DNA of 64,000 nt from Candidatus Woesearchaeota archaeon (GTDB lineage: Archaea; Nanobdellota; Nanobdellia; Woesearchaeales; 0-14-0-80-44-23), in contig JAVZCZ010000001.1 in the NCBI GenBank assembly GCA_038874135.1, positions 736,001-800,000 of the forward strand, written 5' to 3'. Of the stretch, positions 8,000 to 18,440 are shown piece by piece (position 1 is the stretch's first letter; the number at the start of each line of letters is the position of its first letter). The notes under the pieces are model-generated. The model did not search any database, was not told the DNA's origin, and saw only the letters and a program-made list of their open reading frames with translations. The position numbers and the translations under genes are program-made.

Positions 8000-10330
8000 A
8001 TGAAAAGGTACCTTTCACTGCTCATCTTTTCAATAATAATACTTTCAATGTACTTAGTATTTTCATCTAAACCCGTCTCAGCAGCCAGTTCCACTTGTGG
8101 TAATGGTGTTGTTGATTCTGGTGAGCAGTGTGAGTTGCCGGGTAGTGTGAATAATTTTTATTGTTTGCAGTCTACTGGTGTTTGTTCTGGTAGGCTTTTT
8201 GGTGTTAGGGATTCTTATGGGGATTGTAATGCTAGTTGTGGTTGTGTTTTTGATTCTTTTAGTTTTTCTTGTAGTGTTGGTCATTGTGGGGCTGAGTGTG
8301 CTAGGGATTCTGATTGTGATGATGGTAATTCTTTTACTGTGGATAGGTGTGATTTGAGTAATTGTAGTTGTGTGCATTCTGCTGTTGGCTGTTCCGGTTC
8401 TAATTCTTCTCTGTTGAGTAGGTTTGTTCCTTCTAGTTGTGTGAACGCTTCTGGTAGTTTTAGTAGTTATTGTTCTGGGAATAGTGTTGTTTTGTTTGGT
8501 TGTAATTTTGGTAGTGGTAAGTGTGTTAGTGTTTCTTATGATTGTAGTTCTTATAATATGACTTGTGCTGGTGGTTATTGTAGTGCTTGTTTGCCTGGTT
8601 ACGAGTGGGTGGATGCTTCTGATCACAGGAAGGGTTGTAAGCCGGTTTCATCTTGTGGTAATGGTGTTGTTGATTCTGGTGAGCAGTGTGAGTTGCCGGG
8701 TAGTGTGAATAATTTTTATTGTTTGCAGTCTACTGGTGTTTGTTCTGGTAGGCTTTTTGGTGTTAGGGATTCTTATGGGGATTGTAATGCTAGTTGTGGT
8801 TGTGTTTTTGATTCTTTTAGTTTTTCTTGTAGTGTTGGTCATTGTGGGGCTGAGTGTGATTCTTCTCATCCCTGCGCTGCTACTGAGTGTGATTATTTGG
8901 ATGGTTGTGTTGGTTCTACTTATAGGGATTATCATGATGTTGCTAATTTTTGTGGTGGGGATTGTGTGTGTAGTCGTAATTCTTGTACTTCTTTTACTGA
9001 TTATCCTAATGATTCTAGGTGTGTTTCTCAGTGTAGGGTTGATTCTGATTGTGATTGGTTGGATCGTTCTTTTTGTGTGGGTGATTCTGTTTATCGTGTG
9101 GATGGTAGGTGTGTTGGTGGTGTTTGTGTGAATGGGAGTGCTGTTTTGGTTAGTGATTGTAATGGTTTGGATAGGACTTTTTGTGTTGGTTCTGTTTTGA
9201 AGAGGGAGGATGGTTTTTGTGTTGGTGGTGTTTGTAGGTCTAATGTTAGTGTTGTTCGTGATTGTGATGATGGTTTGTTTTGTAATGGTGTGGAGTCTTG
9301 TGTGGGTGGTGTTTGTGTTTCTGGTGTGGCTGTTAATTGTTCTGTTTTTGATGTGCCTGGTGTGGCTAGTTGTTTTAATGTTCCTGATGGTAATCCTTTG
9401 ACTTGGGATTTTAGGGCTGCTTTTGTGAGTGTTTGTGATGAGGCTTCTCGTTCCTGTACGAGAGGCTCGCTTAATATTACTTCAACTTGTGACAAGGAGA
9501 GGTGTGGCGCCAGCTGTGTTTTAGGAGAAGTTCAGAATGAGAGCTGCGGAATTGGTGGTTATAGAGTTAGGAGCTGTACTGCATCCTGCACCTGGGGCAA
9601 CTGGAGTGACTGCCAGGATCAAAAGGAGTGCATACCCGGAACTGTTGAAAGTAAACCTTGCGGATATTGCGGAACTTCTAAGAGAAGTTGTAACTTAAAC
9701 TATACCTGGACTCCTTGGGGAGAATGTTTAGGGCAGGGAGTTTGTGCTCCGGGCTCAGTACAGCAACAGAGATGCGGCTTTATGCTGACCGGCATTCAGA
9801 TTAGAAACTGCACTTCTTCCTGCGTTTGGACGAGCTGGGGAGAATGCACTGGAGAAGGAGAATGTTACCCTGGAATTAAAGAAGAAAGGGAATGCACTGT
9901 TAACGGCTACTCCGGAGTTCAGTATAGAAATTGTATGTCCAACTTCAAGTGGAGCTCATGGAGTGGCTGCAAACTTCCTAATGAGGATATAACCGTTGAG
10001 TCCCTGCGAATAATAAATGGGGATTGCATAGAACCCGGGCATTCTCTAATCGCGTCTCTAGACATAGATTACAGCAGTTACCGAGAAGGAAGCATAACAA
10101 TAACAGCAGTAATACAAGAGCTGGGCGTAATATCCAGAGTAGGACCTATCGATGTGAGAGAGAAAGACAAACTTTCAAAGATAATCTTATTAGAAATTCC
10201 CCAAGATGCTATTCCAGGAACCTACTATGTTAGATTTACAATTAACAATGACTACAGAAGGGTGAGATATAGGGAAATCACGGTAAGCAGAGCTTGCGGA
10301 GTGTGCCCTGATTACTGCACAGGCAAATAA
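8000..10330 (+). CDS. Secreted cysteine-rich repeat protein (CGNG..D.GEQC repeats, CDDG repeats, WxxW-C thrombospondin-like repeats, C-terminal Ig-like domain)
   Basis: Signal peptide; two CGNGVVDSGEQCE units; CDDGNSFTVDRC and CDDGLFCNGVESC; four W(G/T/S)xW..C units. Confidence 0.8.
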   Translation: MKRYLSLLIFSIIILSMYLVFSSKPVSAASSTCGNGVVDSGEQCELPGSVNNFYCLQSTGVCSGRLFGVRDSYGDCNASCGCVFDSFSFSCSVGHCGAECARDSDCDDGNSFTVDRCDLSNCSCVHSAVGCSGSNSSLLSRFVPSSCVNASGSFSSYCSGNSVVLFGCNFGSGKCVSVSYDCSSYNMTCAGGYCSACLPGYEWVDASDHRKGCKPVSSCGNGVVDSGEQCELPGSVNNFYCLQSTGVCSGRLFGVRDSYGDCNASCGCVFDSFSFSCSVGHCGAECDSSHPCAATECDYLDGCVGSTYRDYHDVANFCGGDCVCSRNSCTSFTDYPNDSRCVSQCRVDSDCDWLDRSFCVGDSVYRVDGRCVGGVCVNGSAVLVSDCNGLDRTFCVGSVLKREDGFCVGGVCRSNVSVVRDCDDGLFCNGVESCVGGVCVSGVAVNCSVFDVPGVASCFNVPDGNPLTWDFRAAFVSVCDEASRSCTRGSLNITSTCDKERCGASCVLGEVQNESCGIGGYRVRSCTASCTWGNWSDCQDQKECIPGTVESKPCGYCGTSKRSCNLNYTWTPWGECLGQGVCAPGSVQQQRCGFMLTGIQIRNCTSSCVWTSWGECTGEGECYPGIKEERECTVNGYSGVQYRNCMSNFKWSSWSGCKLPNEDITVESLRIINGDCIEPGHSLIASLDIDYSSYREGSITITAVIQELGVISRVGPIDVREKDKLSKIILLEIPQDAIPGTYYVRFTINNDYRRVRYREITVSRACGVCPDYCTGK
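8094..8300 (+). repeat. 207 bp direct repeat, copy 1 (partner 8652-8858), G/T-rich
   Basis: Base-by-base match from cttgtggtaatggtg to gctgagtgtg, offset 558. Confidence 0.93.
8652..8858 (+). repeat. 207 bp direct repeat, copy 2
   Basis: Matches 8094-8300; the antisense ORF translations also share the same peptide. Confidence 0.93.
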
Positions 10331-10373
10331 AAAATAAACAGGAATGTAACCACTCCATCATAACAAAAAAATA

Positions 10374-10387
10374 GAAAGATTTATATA
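10374..10387 (+). promoter_or_regulatory. Putative BRE/TATA promoter (GAAAGATTTATATA)
   Basis: Identical to 6891-6904; upstream of ORF 10431, which has a GGGGGT RBS. Confidence 0.6.
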
Positions 10388-10430
10388 TTGGAAATGGTTT
10401 GAAAAAATAAAATAAATGGGGGTATGAAAC

Positions 10431-11690
10431 ATGAAAAACTACCTTTGGATCGTGCTTGTTGGATTATTGCTCTCAACAGCACTGGCATGGGCACTGCCCG
10501 AAGTTACACAGGTAAAAATAAATGGAGATGTATATGAATCAGGAGATTCTCTAGTGGTTGAAAGAGGTACAACCCTTAACATAAGAGTTAAGCTGCAAGC
10601 AGAAAATGAGGAAAACAACATACAAGTTGCAGCAGCCATATTAGGCTATGAATATTCAGACTATGAATCTCTAAGCGATTCAACCTCAGTTTTTGATATG
10701 GACGCTGGCGACACGACATACAAAGATTTGGTTGTCAGAGTACCAGACAAGGTTGAACGCGACTATTATGACCTAAGAGTTGTTGTAGGTACAAGAACAG
10801 GCCCAGCCTTTGAAGGGCTTTATAGGCTTCACATAGTTGAACCTAGGCATAGCATAATAATCAGCGATTTGGTGCTTAGTCCGGGAAGCCCAATCCAAGC
10901 TGGTAAGGCGCTGCTTGTGATACCACGCATAAAGAACATGGGCTCCAAGGATGAACATGACATAAAACTTACTGTCACAATTCCTGAATTGGGTGTTTCA
11001 GGTTCAGAATATATTGATGATTTAGAAGCAGGAAAGTCAAAATCTACAGAAGAGATATACTTGAAAATTCCAGCCTGCACAAAGCCGGGAACATACACTA
11101 TGAATGTCCAGCTTAGCTACTTTGACGGATACAAAGAGGATTCTTACACCAAAGAAATAAAAATTACAGCAGGGGATGTCTGCGAGGCTCCATCTGAAAA
11201 ACCAGAGCAGCCGGAAGCAAAAAGCACAATAGTAGTTGGAAGCTACAGCCAAACAATGTGCAGGCCTGGGCCAGGAGTTGCATATCCGCTTATGATTCAG
11301 AATGACGGCTCTTCAGCACAGACATACACAATAACTGTGAGCAATGTTGAGGACTGGGCAACTGCACAGATATCCCCATCCAGCGTGCTAATACTTGCAC
11401 CGGGAGAGGCGCAGACAGTATATGTATATGTGGTTCCTAAGAGCACTGCTGCAGAGGGACAGCATACATTTAACATAAATGTGAATGTAGCTGGAAAGAC
11501 AAAGCAGATCCCAGTTTCAGCAGTTGTTTCAGGAAAGCCAGGATTCTCATGGACAAATGCTAAGCAGTGGCTGCTTATCGGAGTTGCAGTGTTGGTAGTG
11601 GTGCTAATAGTGCTTGGAATAATCCTGGCAGTAAAGAAGAGTGGTAAGAGCGAGTCTGAAAAGGAAGAAGAGAGCCAGAGCTACTATTAA
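10431..11690 (+). CDS. Secreted multi-Ig/CARDB-like surface protein with C-terminal TM anchor (S-layer-associated-like)
   Basis: Signal peptide, three beta-sandwich segments (KNMGSKDE, IPACTKPGTY, IQNDGSSAQTY), C-terminal TM plus acidic tail ending YY. Confidence 0.75.
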   Translation: MKNYLWIVLVGLLLSTALAWALPEVTQVKINGDVYESGDSLVVERGTTLNIRVKLQAENEENNIQVAAAILGYEYSDYESLSDSTSVFDMDAGDTTYKDLVVRVPDKVERDYYDLRVVVGTRTGPAFEGLYRLHIVEPRHSIIISDLVLSPGSPIQAGKALLVIPRIKNMGSKDEHDIKLTVTIPELGVSGSEYIDDLEAGKSKSTEEIYLKIPACTKPGTYTMNVQLSYFDGYKEDSYTKEIKITAGDVCEAPSEKPEQPEAKSTIVVGSYSQTMCRPGPGVAYPLMIQNDGSSAQTYTITVSNVEDWATAQISPSSVLILAPGEAQTVYVYVVPKSTAAEGQHTFNINVNVAGKTKQIPVSAVVSGKPGFSWTNAKQWLLIGVAVLVVVLIVLGIILAVKKSGKSESEKEEESQSYY

Positions 11691-11736
11691 GAGCCCTCTC
11701 TTCCATTTTTAACTTTTCAGGGTGGGGTAGAGCTTC

Positions 11737-13152
11737 ATGAAACTTTCAGAAAGCATCAGATTTTTATTATCTTTTATACTCTTATTATTCTTCTCAGTTT
11801 CTGCAAGTGCTCAGATTACAGGCTTTACTGCATATTCAGATTATTCTACAATTCAGATGTCCGCTTGCACTTTATACTATGATGTGATTAACATTACAAA
11901 TCTTGAAAACTCAGCACTCACATTTAGAGTTACACTTTCAGGAAGTGCAGCCTCATTTTCTACCCTATCCAAATCCAACTTCATGATACTTCCCGGTCGC
12001 TCCGAGTCGTTGTTAATCATTCTAAGTCCAGACTGTTCAAAATCTGGAAAATACTATCTTAATGTGTATTTTGAAACTTTGGAAGAAGAAAAGATTTTGA
12101 GGCAGACAATAGAAGTGCTTCCATACTACAATCTCGCTCTTATTCCCAAATATGAAAATTTTTCTAGCACTATATGCAGCAATTCTTCAGCTGAATTTGA
12201 TTTTACAATAGCCAACACTGGCGCTTTTCCAGAGAGGTACTACATACATTTTAGAAATATTTCTGGAAGAACAAAGATTTCCGATACTAGTTTTTATCTT
12301 AATCCGAATGAAACAAGAAATGTTAGGATTTCATACTTAGGCCTTAATCCGGGTAATTATAAATCTTTTATAAGAGTGGATACTGAGAAGTCCCGCTTGA
12401 CTTCCAAGTTTGATTTTTCCTTTTATGTTTCAAGCTGTCTTCCTCCTAAGGAGCCACTATATCTAAGAGTGAAGGCATTCGTGCTGGCAAACCTGAAAAT
12501 AATTAAGATAATCCTGTTAGTACTTCTAATTATTTTACTTATTTTGATTCTGATTTTTGTTTTAAAGAAGAATTGGGAAAGACTAAAGAGTTTTGTTGTC
12601 AGGAAGAAACACCAGTTGCATGTTTATATTGAAAAAAAGAAGGCGTTGAAGGAGTTGAGCAAAAAACCGTATTACAAGCAGGTTATAGTTGAGAAAAAGC
12701 AGTTATCTACCTCTAAAAGTAAAAAGCACACACAGGTAGAATCTTCCAATAAGTTTATGATATTCTTATTAATACTATGTTGCATATTACTCTTAGGCAT
12801 AATTCTCTTTTTGGTTTTCACAACATTTCCTTCCATAGGAAAAACATTTTTACAATTTTTTTCAAACCTAAAAGATAAAATCACTCTCTTGATTTCTAAA
12901 CTTGGGTCTCAGCTTAAGTCTTACTCTAATCAGAGCAATAATTCTTATTCCACAAAAATACCTTCCAAAAATGCTTCTCAGAAAAACATAAACACGCAAG
13001 CTGTTAGTAGGAGCGTAAATACAACTCGCGTTGGCGAAAGTAAAAATTTCCAATCATTCATATCTTTATACAAGAACTACATTCTCTTAGGGATTGGACT
13101 TGCAGCGATACTCATTATTTTTTCTATATTCTTTTTTTCAAAAAAATATTAA
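11737..13152 (+). CDS. Membrane protein with extracellular Ig-like domains and several TM helices
   Basis: Signal peptide, two Ig-like segments (IANTGAFPERY), three further TM stretches. Confidence 0.7.
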   Translation: MKLSESIRFLLSFILLLFFSVSASAQITGFTAYSDYSTIQMSACTLYYDVINITNLENSALTFRVTLSGSAASFSTLSKSNFMILPGRSESLLIILSPDCSKSGKYYLNVYFETLEEEKILRQTIEVLPYYNLALIPKYENFSSTICSNSSAEFDFTIANTGAFPERYYIHFRNISGRTKISDTSFYLNPNETRNVRISYLGLNPGNYKSFIRVDTEKSRLTSKFDFSFYVSSCLPPKEPLYLRVKAFVLANLKIIKIILLVLLIILLILILIFVLKKNWERLKSFVVRKKHQLHVYIEKKKALKELSKKPYYKQVIVEKKQLSTSKSKKHTQVESSNKFMIFLLILCCILLLGIILFLVFTTFPSIGKTFLQFFSNLKDKITLLISKLGSQLKSYSNQSNNSYSTKIPSKNASQKNINTQAVSRSVNTTRVGESKNFQSFISLYKNYILLGIGLAAILIIFSIFFFSKKY

Positions 13153-13207
13153 ATTTTATTATTTTCCTATTTAATAATGAGTGGACGATTAATATATTTA
13201 TTTTATT

Positions 13208-14404
13208 CTAATGAATGTTTAATATTCCGAATTCTAGCGCGATCTCATAAGCAGTTCCAAGGGTGAAGAGAAATATTAAAAGAGCGAGCCATGCCTTATT
13301 TATTTTAATTGAATATTCAGGCTCTCTTTCTGATTTTTTCCTAGCCATGATATAAACGAGTATTAAAGTAGTTGAAATTATTCCGCCAGCAACTGCGCCG
13401 GTTATTGAGAGAACTGCTATAAAATTCTTAACGAATAAGAAAAACAATATCGGTACAAAGCATGTTGCAAACCAGGCGAATAAGCTATCTTTGTTGTAGT
13501 CATAGACATATATGTCCCGCAAGGCTATGCCAAGAGATAAGAACGCAGTAGCCATAACCAGCACTGCAAAAGCTGCAGCAAACCTGCCAACTTGATCTCC
13601 AAAGTAGAACCAGATTGATTGAATTGAAGCTTCGCTAGTATTCAAACCTGATATTCCAACTACACTTACTGCAAAAATTACATACAGTAGTGCTGGAGTT
13701 ATTGAGCCAAGTATTATTGCCTTCTTTATGTCTCTTTCATTCCCTGCAAGTTCTTTCCTAACCTCAGGTACAAGATGCATTCCTATCATTGCAAAAAGTA
13801 CTACCCCATATGGTAAGAAAAGCATTTCAGGCTGAAAAGTTAAAAGGTTTTCAACACGGATTCTGGGAATGGCAAAGAAGAATATTATAAATATGAAAAT
13901 AATAGATAAAACAACCATACCTACTTTTAGATCCCTAATCCTCTTAGGCCCAAGGTATATTAGAAAGGCTATTATAGAGAAGAATATTACGCTGTAATTA
14001 AACGAGTTTCCACCTAGTAGCATTGACAAGAGCTCTCCACTTTTTATAATGTATGCCAGCATTGCTCCGTATATCATGAATAGTGTAGACCCCATTACGA
14101 TATGCTTAGCATTTTTACCTAAGAATCTCTCAGCATACGCGGTGAGCTGGTGTCTTTCCCCATTAGTTCTAAGCGCTATTTCACCTATGAATAGGTTTAG
14201 GAGCGTAATCATTATTAAGGTTAGTCCGATGCAAGCAAGTCCTGTTAGGAAACCTGCCTTTGCAAAAACATAGGGTATTCCCAGAATTCCCGCGCCCACA
14301 GTTCCTCCTATTAGAGTTGCAGATGTTTTTATCCATCTAATTTCCATGCGTTTTTTTCTTTGTTTAGAATTTATAATTCTTTTGCTTTTAAAAATGGATT
14401 CCAC
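13208..14404 (-). CDS. Amino-acid permease (aromatic amino acid/HAAAP-like)
   Basis: TLIGGTVGAGILGIPY motif, LPYGVVLFA, about 11 TM helices; start may be ATG at 14347. Confidence 0.85.
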   Translation of the reverse strand: MESIFKSKRIINSKQRKKRMEIRWIKTSATLIGGTVGAGILGIPYVFAKAGFLTGLACIGLTLIMITLLNLFIGEIALRTNGERHQLTAYAERFLGKNAKHIVMGSTLFMIYGAMLAYIIKSGELLSMLLGGNSFNYSVIFFSIIAFLIYLGPKRIRDLKVGMVVLSIIFIFIIFFFAIPRIRVENLLTFQPEMLFLPYGVVLFAMIGMHLVPEVRKELAGNERDIKKAIILGSITPALLYVIFAVSVVGISGLNTSEASIQSIWFYFGDQVGRFAAAFAVLVMATAFLSLGIALRDIYVYDYNKDSLFAWFATCFVPILFFLFVKNFIAVLSITGAVAGGIISTTLILVYIMARKKSEREPEYSIKINKAWLALLIFLFTLGTAYEIALEFGILNIH

Positions 14405-14546
14405 ATATCATAAATAATACATAAATTAACATTTGTCATACATTTTTAATTATCCCATTTGATTTTATTAGAAAAATTTAAAAAGTTTAATTTTTTTGTC
14501 ATACAAAAATAAACAATACGCATACATTGCTTAACGGGCTATTCAG

Positions 14547-14723
14547 ATGGGAAGGCAGCAGAATAAGGAAACCAAAGTTCTCAATATCCGCTTTTCGCCA
14601 GAAATAATCAGATGGCTGGATTCTCTTGTTGAAAAGAAGATATACTCTTCCCGATCAGAAGCCATAAGGGACTTTCTCCGCGAATTTGTTCTTAAAGCAG
14701 GAGGTGAAGAAGCTGAGCAATAG
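14547..14723 (+). CDS. Ribbon-helix-helix (CopG/Arc/MetJ) protein, 58 aa, absent from ORF track
   Basis: Manual translation MGRQQNKETKVLNIRFSPEIIRWLDSLVEKKIYSSRSEAIRDFLREFV...; classic YSSRSEAIR motif. Confidence 0.85.
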   Translation: MGRQQNKETKVLNIRFSPEIIRWLDSLVEKKIYSSRSEAIRDFLREFVLKAGGEEAEQ

Positions 14724-14925
14724 CATAGTGAGTGTTAGAATTCCTCTATCATTAGCTCAGCAGCTTGAACGCCTCTCAAAAAAAGGTCACTATCTTAACC
14801 TGAGTGAGGAAGTAAAAAGTATAGTGCGAAAGAGATGGCTGGAGCATCTGAATTCTGAATCGCGTCTTTCCGAAATAAAAAATGAGCTTAAGGCAGAGCT
14901 TGCCTTGGAGTTGAAGAAAAAATGA
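14704..14925 (+). CDS. Ribbon-helix-helix protein
   Basis: IVSVRIPLSLAQQLERLSKKGHYLNLSEEVKSIVR fits the RHH pattern; overlaps both neighbours; start uncertain. Confidence 0.75.
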   Translation: MKKLSNSIVSVRIPLSLAQQLERLSKKGHYLNLSEEVKSIVRKRWLEHLNSESRLSEIKNELKAELALELKKK

Positions 14926-17900
14926 AGAAGGCAGCTCTGCTTTGGATTATGGGATTAATAATATTTTTTGCTTTAGCCCAGTATGCGCTCTCAGAAGTAA
15001 GTCCAGTTAGTATATCTATAAATCAGCCGGTAGAAGGAGATTCTTTGTACTCAAGCTCCTTGTACGTGCAGTTTTCAATAAATGAGAGCGGAAACTATAA
15101 CTGCACCTTAACTCTTTACTGCGGCGACCTTGGAGGAAATGTTAGTACTTCTTTAATACTCCCTGCTCAGAACTATACAGCATTATCTCCATTAACCGTT
15201 AATCTTGATGCGCCTTCCTGCTCATACTCTTCTAACTACTTGGAAGTGCAGTGCTCAGATGAGCAAGCCTATGGCAATGCCTCTACATATTTTTACATAT
15301 TTGAACTTCCATCCGTGAATACTTACGAACCGAACGATTCTGCAATAATAAACTCTTCCTCATTCCAATTTGAATATGAAATTCTGCCAGAATCGTCAGC
15401 ATACTTAGTTAAAAACTGCGCCCTTATATTAGATGGAACTTCCTGTAACTCTACTGATTTACCTCACAATGGAACAAACAGCATAAGCTGCCCGTTCAGT
15501 GAAGGATCTCACACTTGGAAGGTGCTCTGCACACTCATAGGCTCAGGCCAGGAAACTATTGAAAGTCAAGAAAGAGGATTCTTTGCAGATTATAGTCCTC
15601 CAAATATAAACCTAATTAATCCAAACCAGCCCGCTTACAATTCAGATGTTCCCATTGAATTTAACATTACAGACTCTGCCTCTTCATCATTCAATTGCAC
15701 AATATCCGGCATTCCAGCACCATTCAATCTCAGCTCACTTGTTTCCTACTCTTCTAAGCTTAACCTTCCAGTAGGAAAATATAATCTAACGATTTCCTGC
15801 TCAGATGCTGCTGGAAATTCTGCATATACTTGGCAAGAATTTGAACGAATAAATCTTTCAGTTTCAACTGACAAAAAATATTATATTCCTATGGAAAATG
15901 TGTTTATAACGCTGAACGCTCCTCCTTCCCAAACAAATATCTCAGTTTCAAAAGGCAATTTCACACTGTCCAAAACAACAACTCCACCATATCCAATAGT
16001 CTACATCTTCACATCCTCAAACGAGCCTGGAGATTACCTGGTGCAGGCATTTACAACATATAACAACATAACATTCACTGCCAACACCTCATTCTCAGTC
16101 AATATAACTAGAAACCTTACACTTTCAATATCAGCTAACACCACAACAGCTGAGCCCGGAGTAAGAATCCTATTCTATTCTAATGTTTCAGGAAACCTCA
16201 CTCCTGTTACATACTTGTGGGACTTTAATAATGATAACCTTCCCGAAAGCAGCCTTCCAAATACCGAATACTCTTTCTCACAGCCTGGAAGATACCTCGT
16301 AACTTTAAAAGTGAACGACTCATATTCCTCCGCCTCAGCTTCAATAAATATAACAGTGCTCTCCAGAGCAAATTTGAGCATTACAGTTCTTAACAGGCTT
16401 GGAGAACCTCTCGCTGGAGCAAACATCACGCTAGGCAACACATCTGCCATAACCAACTCCTCTGGAGCAGCAGTCATGCAGAATCTGCTTCAAGGCACAT
16501 ACCCTATAAATGTAACAGCCACAAATTACAATTCGTATTTCAACACAGTGGACATTTCCTCTAACAAAAACATAACAATATATCTACAAGAGCTCACAGA
16601 AGAGCCGGAAATCCTAATAACAGAACCAACAGATGGTGCTACAATAACATCCCTTCCAATTACAATAAGGTTCAAAGCAAATTTATCATATCCTACAAAC
16701 TGCACACTATACAAAAATGAACAACAATCCTGGTGGGAACAGCTTTCTCAGATGGCTGTTACAAACAACACTGAAAATACCTTGTCAGTAGCCAATCTCA
16801 CGGACGGGCAAGTTCTTCTAAGAATCGTATGCACAGATGTATTCGGAAACAGTGGCACCCAACAGATTTCCCTTAACATCAGCACACTACCAAAAGAGCC
16901 GCAATATCCAGAACTAGACCAGGCAGAAGAAGAGCTCTACACAAAACAGGAATACTACAACAGCATAGGACCAGCACAGCTTGAAGCAGCTCAACTATTA
17001 GGTATACCTGATATGCTCTCAGATGCTCAGAACCGATTAACACTCGCCAGGAGGGATCTCTCAGACCTCTCATATTCAAAAAAGAGCCCGGAGGAAAAAG
17101 AAGCAAGAAAGAGTGAAATAATATCTGACGCCGTTTCACGAATCAATGCAATTCCAGATTCAATACAGGTGCTATCTTCTTATGAACAGATACACTATCC
17201 AACTCAGCAAGAGCTGGAAAAGGTGGCAGCTCCCTTCATCTCAGCTAATTCTCTGAAGATAGACCAGCGGACATTCCTAAGAGCAAACTCTCCACTTATT
17301 GAGCTAATAACAATAAATACAAAAGCGTTTTCAATAGTGCTAAATTATAACGGGGAGAGCCGAGAAGTGTCTGTAATAAAGCACTCTGTACAGCTCAGCC
17401 AACAGCTTAACGAATCAGCAATCTCAAACCTGATGTTAATACTCAATATTCCAAAACAGATAGCTGACTCAGCAGCAGGAATCACATTTATGGACAGGTA
17501 TGGACAAAAAGTAGTCAAAGATGATCCAATCTTTTCACTTCCTGTTACAAGCGAAATAGTTTACCAAATAAACAAGAGCATTGATGCAAATTCTGCTTCT
17601 GAGATATCACTCCTCTTAGTAAGCAAGAGTGCTTCAGTTTCAATACCAGGCATATCGGGACTGGCAGTTTCACAGACAAGGTATTCCATCTGGCCTTTCA
17701 ATCTCATTGGAGGAAAAATTGGCTCCAGTTTAGCTATTCAAATAGTAATACTTGTAGTGCTTCTTACCATATACTTAGTATACACCCTTCAGCCGGAAAT
17801 AATAAGCAGATCAGCAGATGCACTAGGAAATCATATCAAAAATCTCAGACCTCGCTCGGAAAATAGGATGAAGCAAATAGTCCATGCTGAGAAGTCAATT

Positions 17901-18440
17901 CCCACAACACTACAGAACAATTTAGCTAGCATGCCGCAGCAACAAACATACTCACCCATTCAACAACAAGTAGTTCCCATAGGGCCTGGAATGCAGCATT
18001 CTTACATTGCTTACAGAATGCAACGGGCTCTTCAGTTGGCAGAGCAGAACAACTATGAGGAAGCTTCAGCCGCATATTATGAATTAAAATTCCTTTATAA
18101 CACGCTCAGCTCTCACGAAAAATCCCTACTTTATCCGCAATTATTAAACCTGGGACACAAGCTTAACATTTCCTATATCAGACAGTTAGTTTCAGAAGCA
18201 AAGTTAAAGGTTAATTCAGACTACCAAGAAGCCCTTGAACTTTATGATAAGATCTCCAAGGCATACTCACTGCTCCCTACAGAGTTCAAGTATGCAGTGT
18301 TCTCTGAATGTCTTGAGCTTCTAAACATTCTTGAAAGGGCAAGAAAAAACCAGAACAACTCTGAAAATCAAGCAGTAACCTTCAAAAAGAAAAAAAAGAG
18401 GTGCAGGTCAAAATCACACGCCAAGGCGAGAAGGGCATAA
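14922..18440 (+). CDS. Large surface protein: Ig repeats, PKD domain, carboxypeptidase-regulatory-like domain, coiled coil, TM, helical (TPR-like) cytoplasmic tail
   Basis: Signal peptide; YLWDFNND..FSQPGRYLVTLKVND (PKD); PLAGANITL..TNSSG; TM LAIQIVILVVLLTIYLV; repeated YEEA..Y helices. Confidence 0.8.
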   Translation: MKKAALLWIMGLIIFFALAQYALSEVSPVSISINQPVEGDSLYSSSLYVQFSINESGNYNCTLTLYCGDLGGNVSTSLILPAQNYTALSPLTVNLDAPSCSYSSNYLEVQCSDEQAYGNASTYFYIFELPSVNTYEPNDSAIINSSSFQFEYEILPESSAYLVKNCALILDGTSCNSTDLPHNGTNSISCPFSEGSHTWKVLCTLIGSGQETIESQERGFFADYSPPNINLINPNQPAYNSDVPIEFNITDSASSSFNCTISGIPAPFNLSSLVSYSSKLNLPVGKYNLTISCSDAAGNSAYTWQEFERINLSVSTDKKYYIPMENVFITLNAPPSQTNISVSKGNFTLSKTTTPPYPIVYIFTSSNEPGDYLVQAFTTYNNITFTANTSFSVNITRNLTLSISANTTTAEPGVRILFYSNVSGNLTPVTYLWDFNNDNLPESSLPNTEYSFSQPGRYLVTLKVNDSYSSASASINITVLSRANLSITVLNRLGEPLAGANITLGNTSAITNSSGAAVMQNLLQGTYPINVTATNYNSYFNTVDISSNKNITIYLQELTEEPEILITEPTDGATITSLPITIRFKANLSYPTNCTLYKNEQQSWWEQLSQMAVTNNTENTLSVANLTDGQVLLRIVCTDVFGNSGTQQISLNISTLPKEPQYPELDQAEEELYTKQEYYNSIGPAQLEAAQLLGIPDMLSDAQNRLTLARRDLSDLSYSKKSPEEKEARKSEIISDAVSRINAIPDSIQVLSSYEQIHYPTQQELEKVAAPFISANSLKIDQRTFLRANSPLIELITINTKAFSIVLNYNGESREVSVIKHSVQLSQQLNESAISNLMLILNIPKQIADSAAGITFMDRYGQKVVKDDPIFSLPVTSEIVYQINKSIDANSASEISLLLVSKSASVSIPGISGLAVSQTRYSIWPFNLIGGKIGSSLAIQIVILVVLLTIYLVYTLQPEIISRSADALGNHIKNLRPRSENRMKQIVHAEKSIPTTLQNNLASMPQQQTYSPIQQQVVPIGPGMQHSYIAYRMQRALQLAEQNNYEEASAAYYELKFLYNTLSSHEKSLLYPQLLNLGHKLNISYIRQLVSEAKLKVNSDYQEALELYDKISKAYSLLPTEFKYAVFSECLELLNILERARKNQNNSENQAVTFKKKKKRCRSKSHAKARRA

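Noticed and set aside
8736-9401. Very hydrophobic V/L/I-rich alternative-frame ORFs (8736-9131, 9210-9401, 35230-35445, 45811-46026) resembling membrane proteins
   Set aside because: Frame-shifted readings of G/T-rich DNA inside well-supported genes
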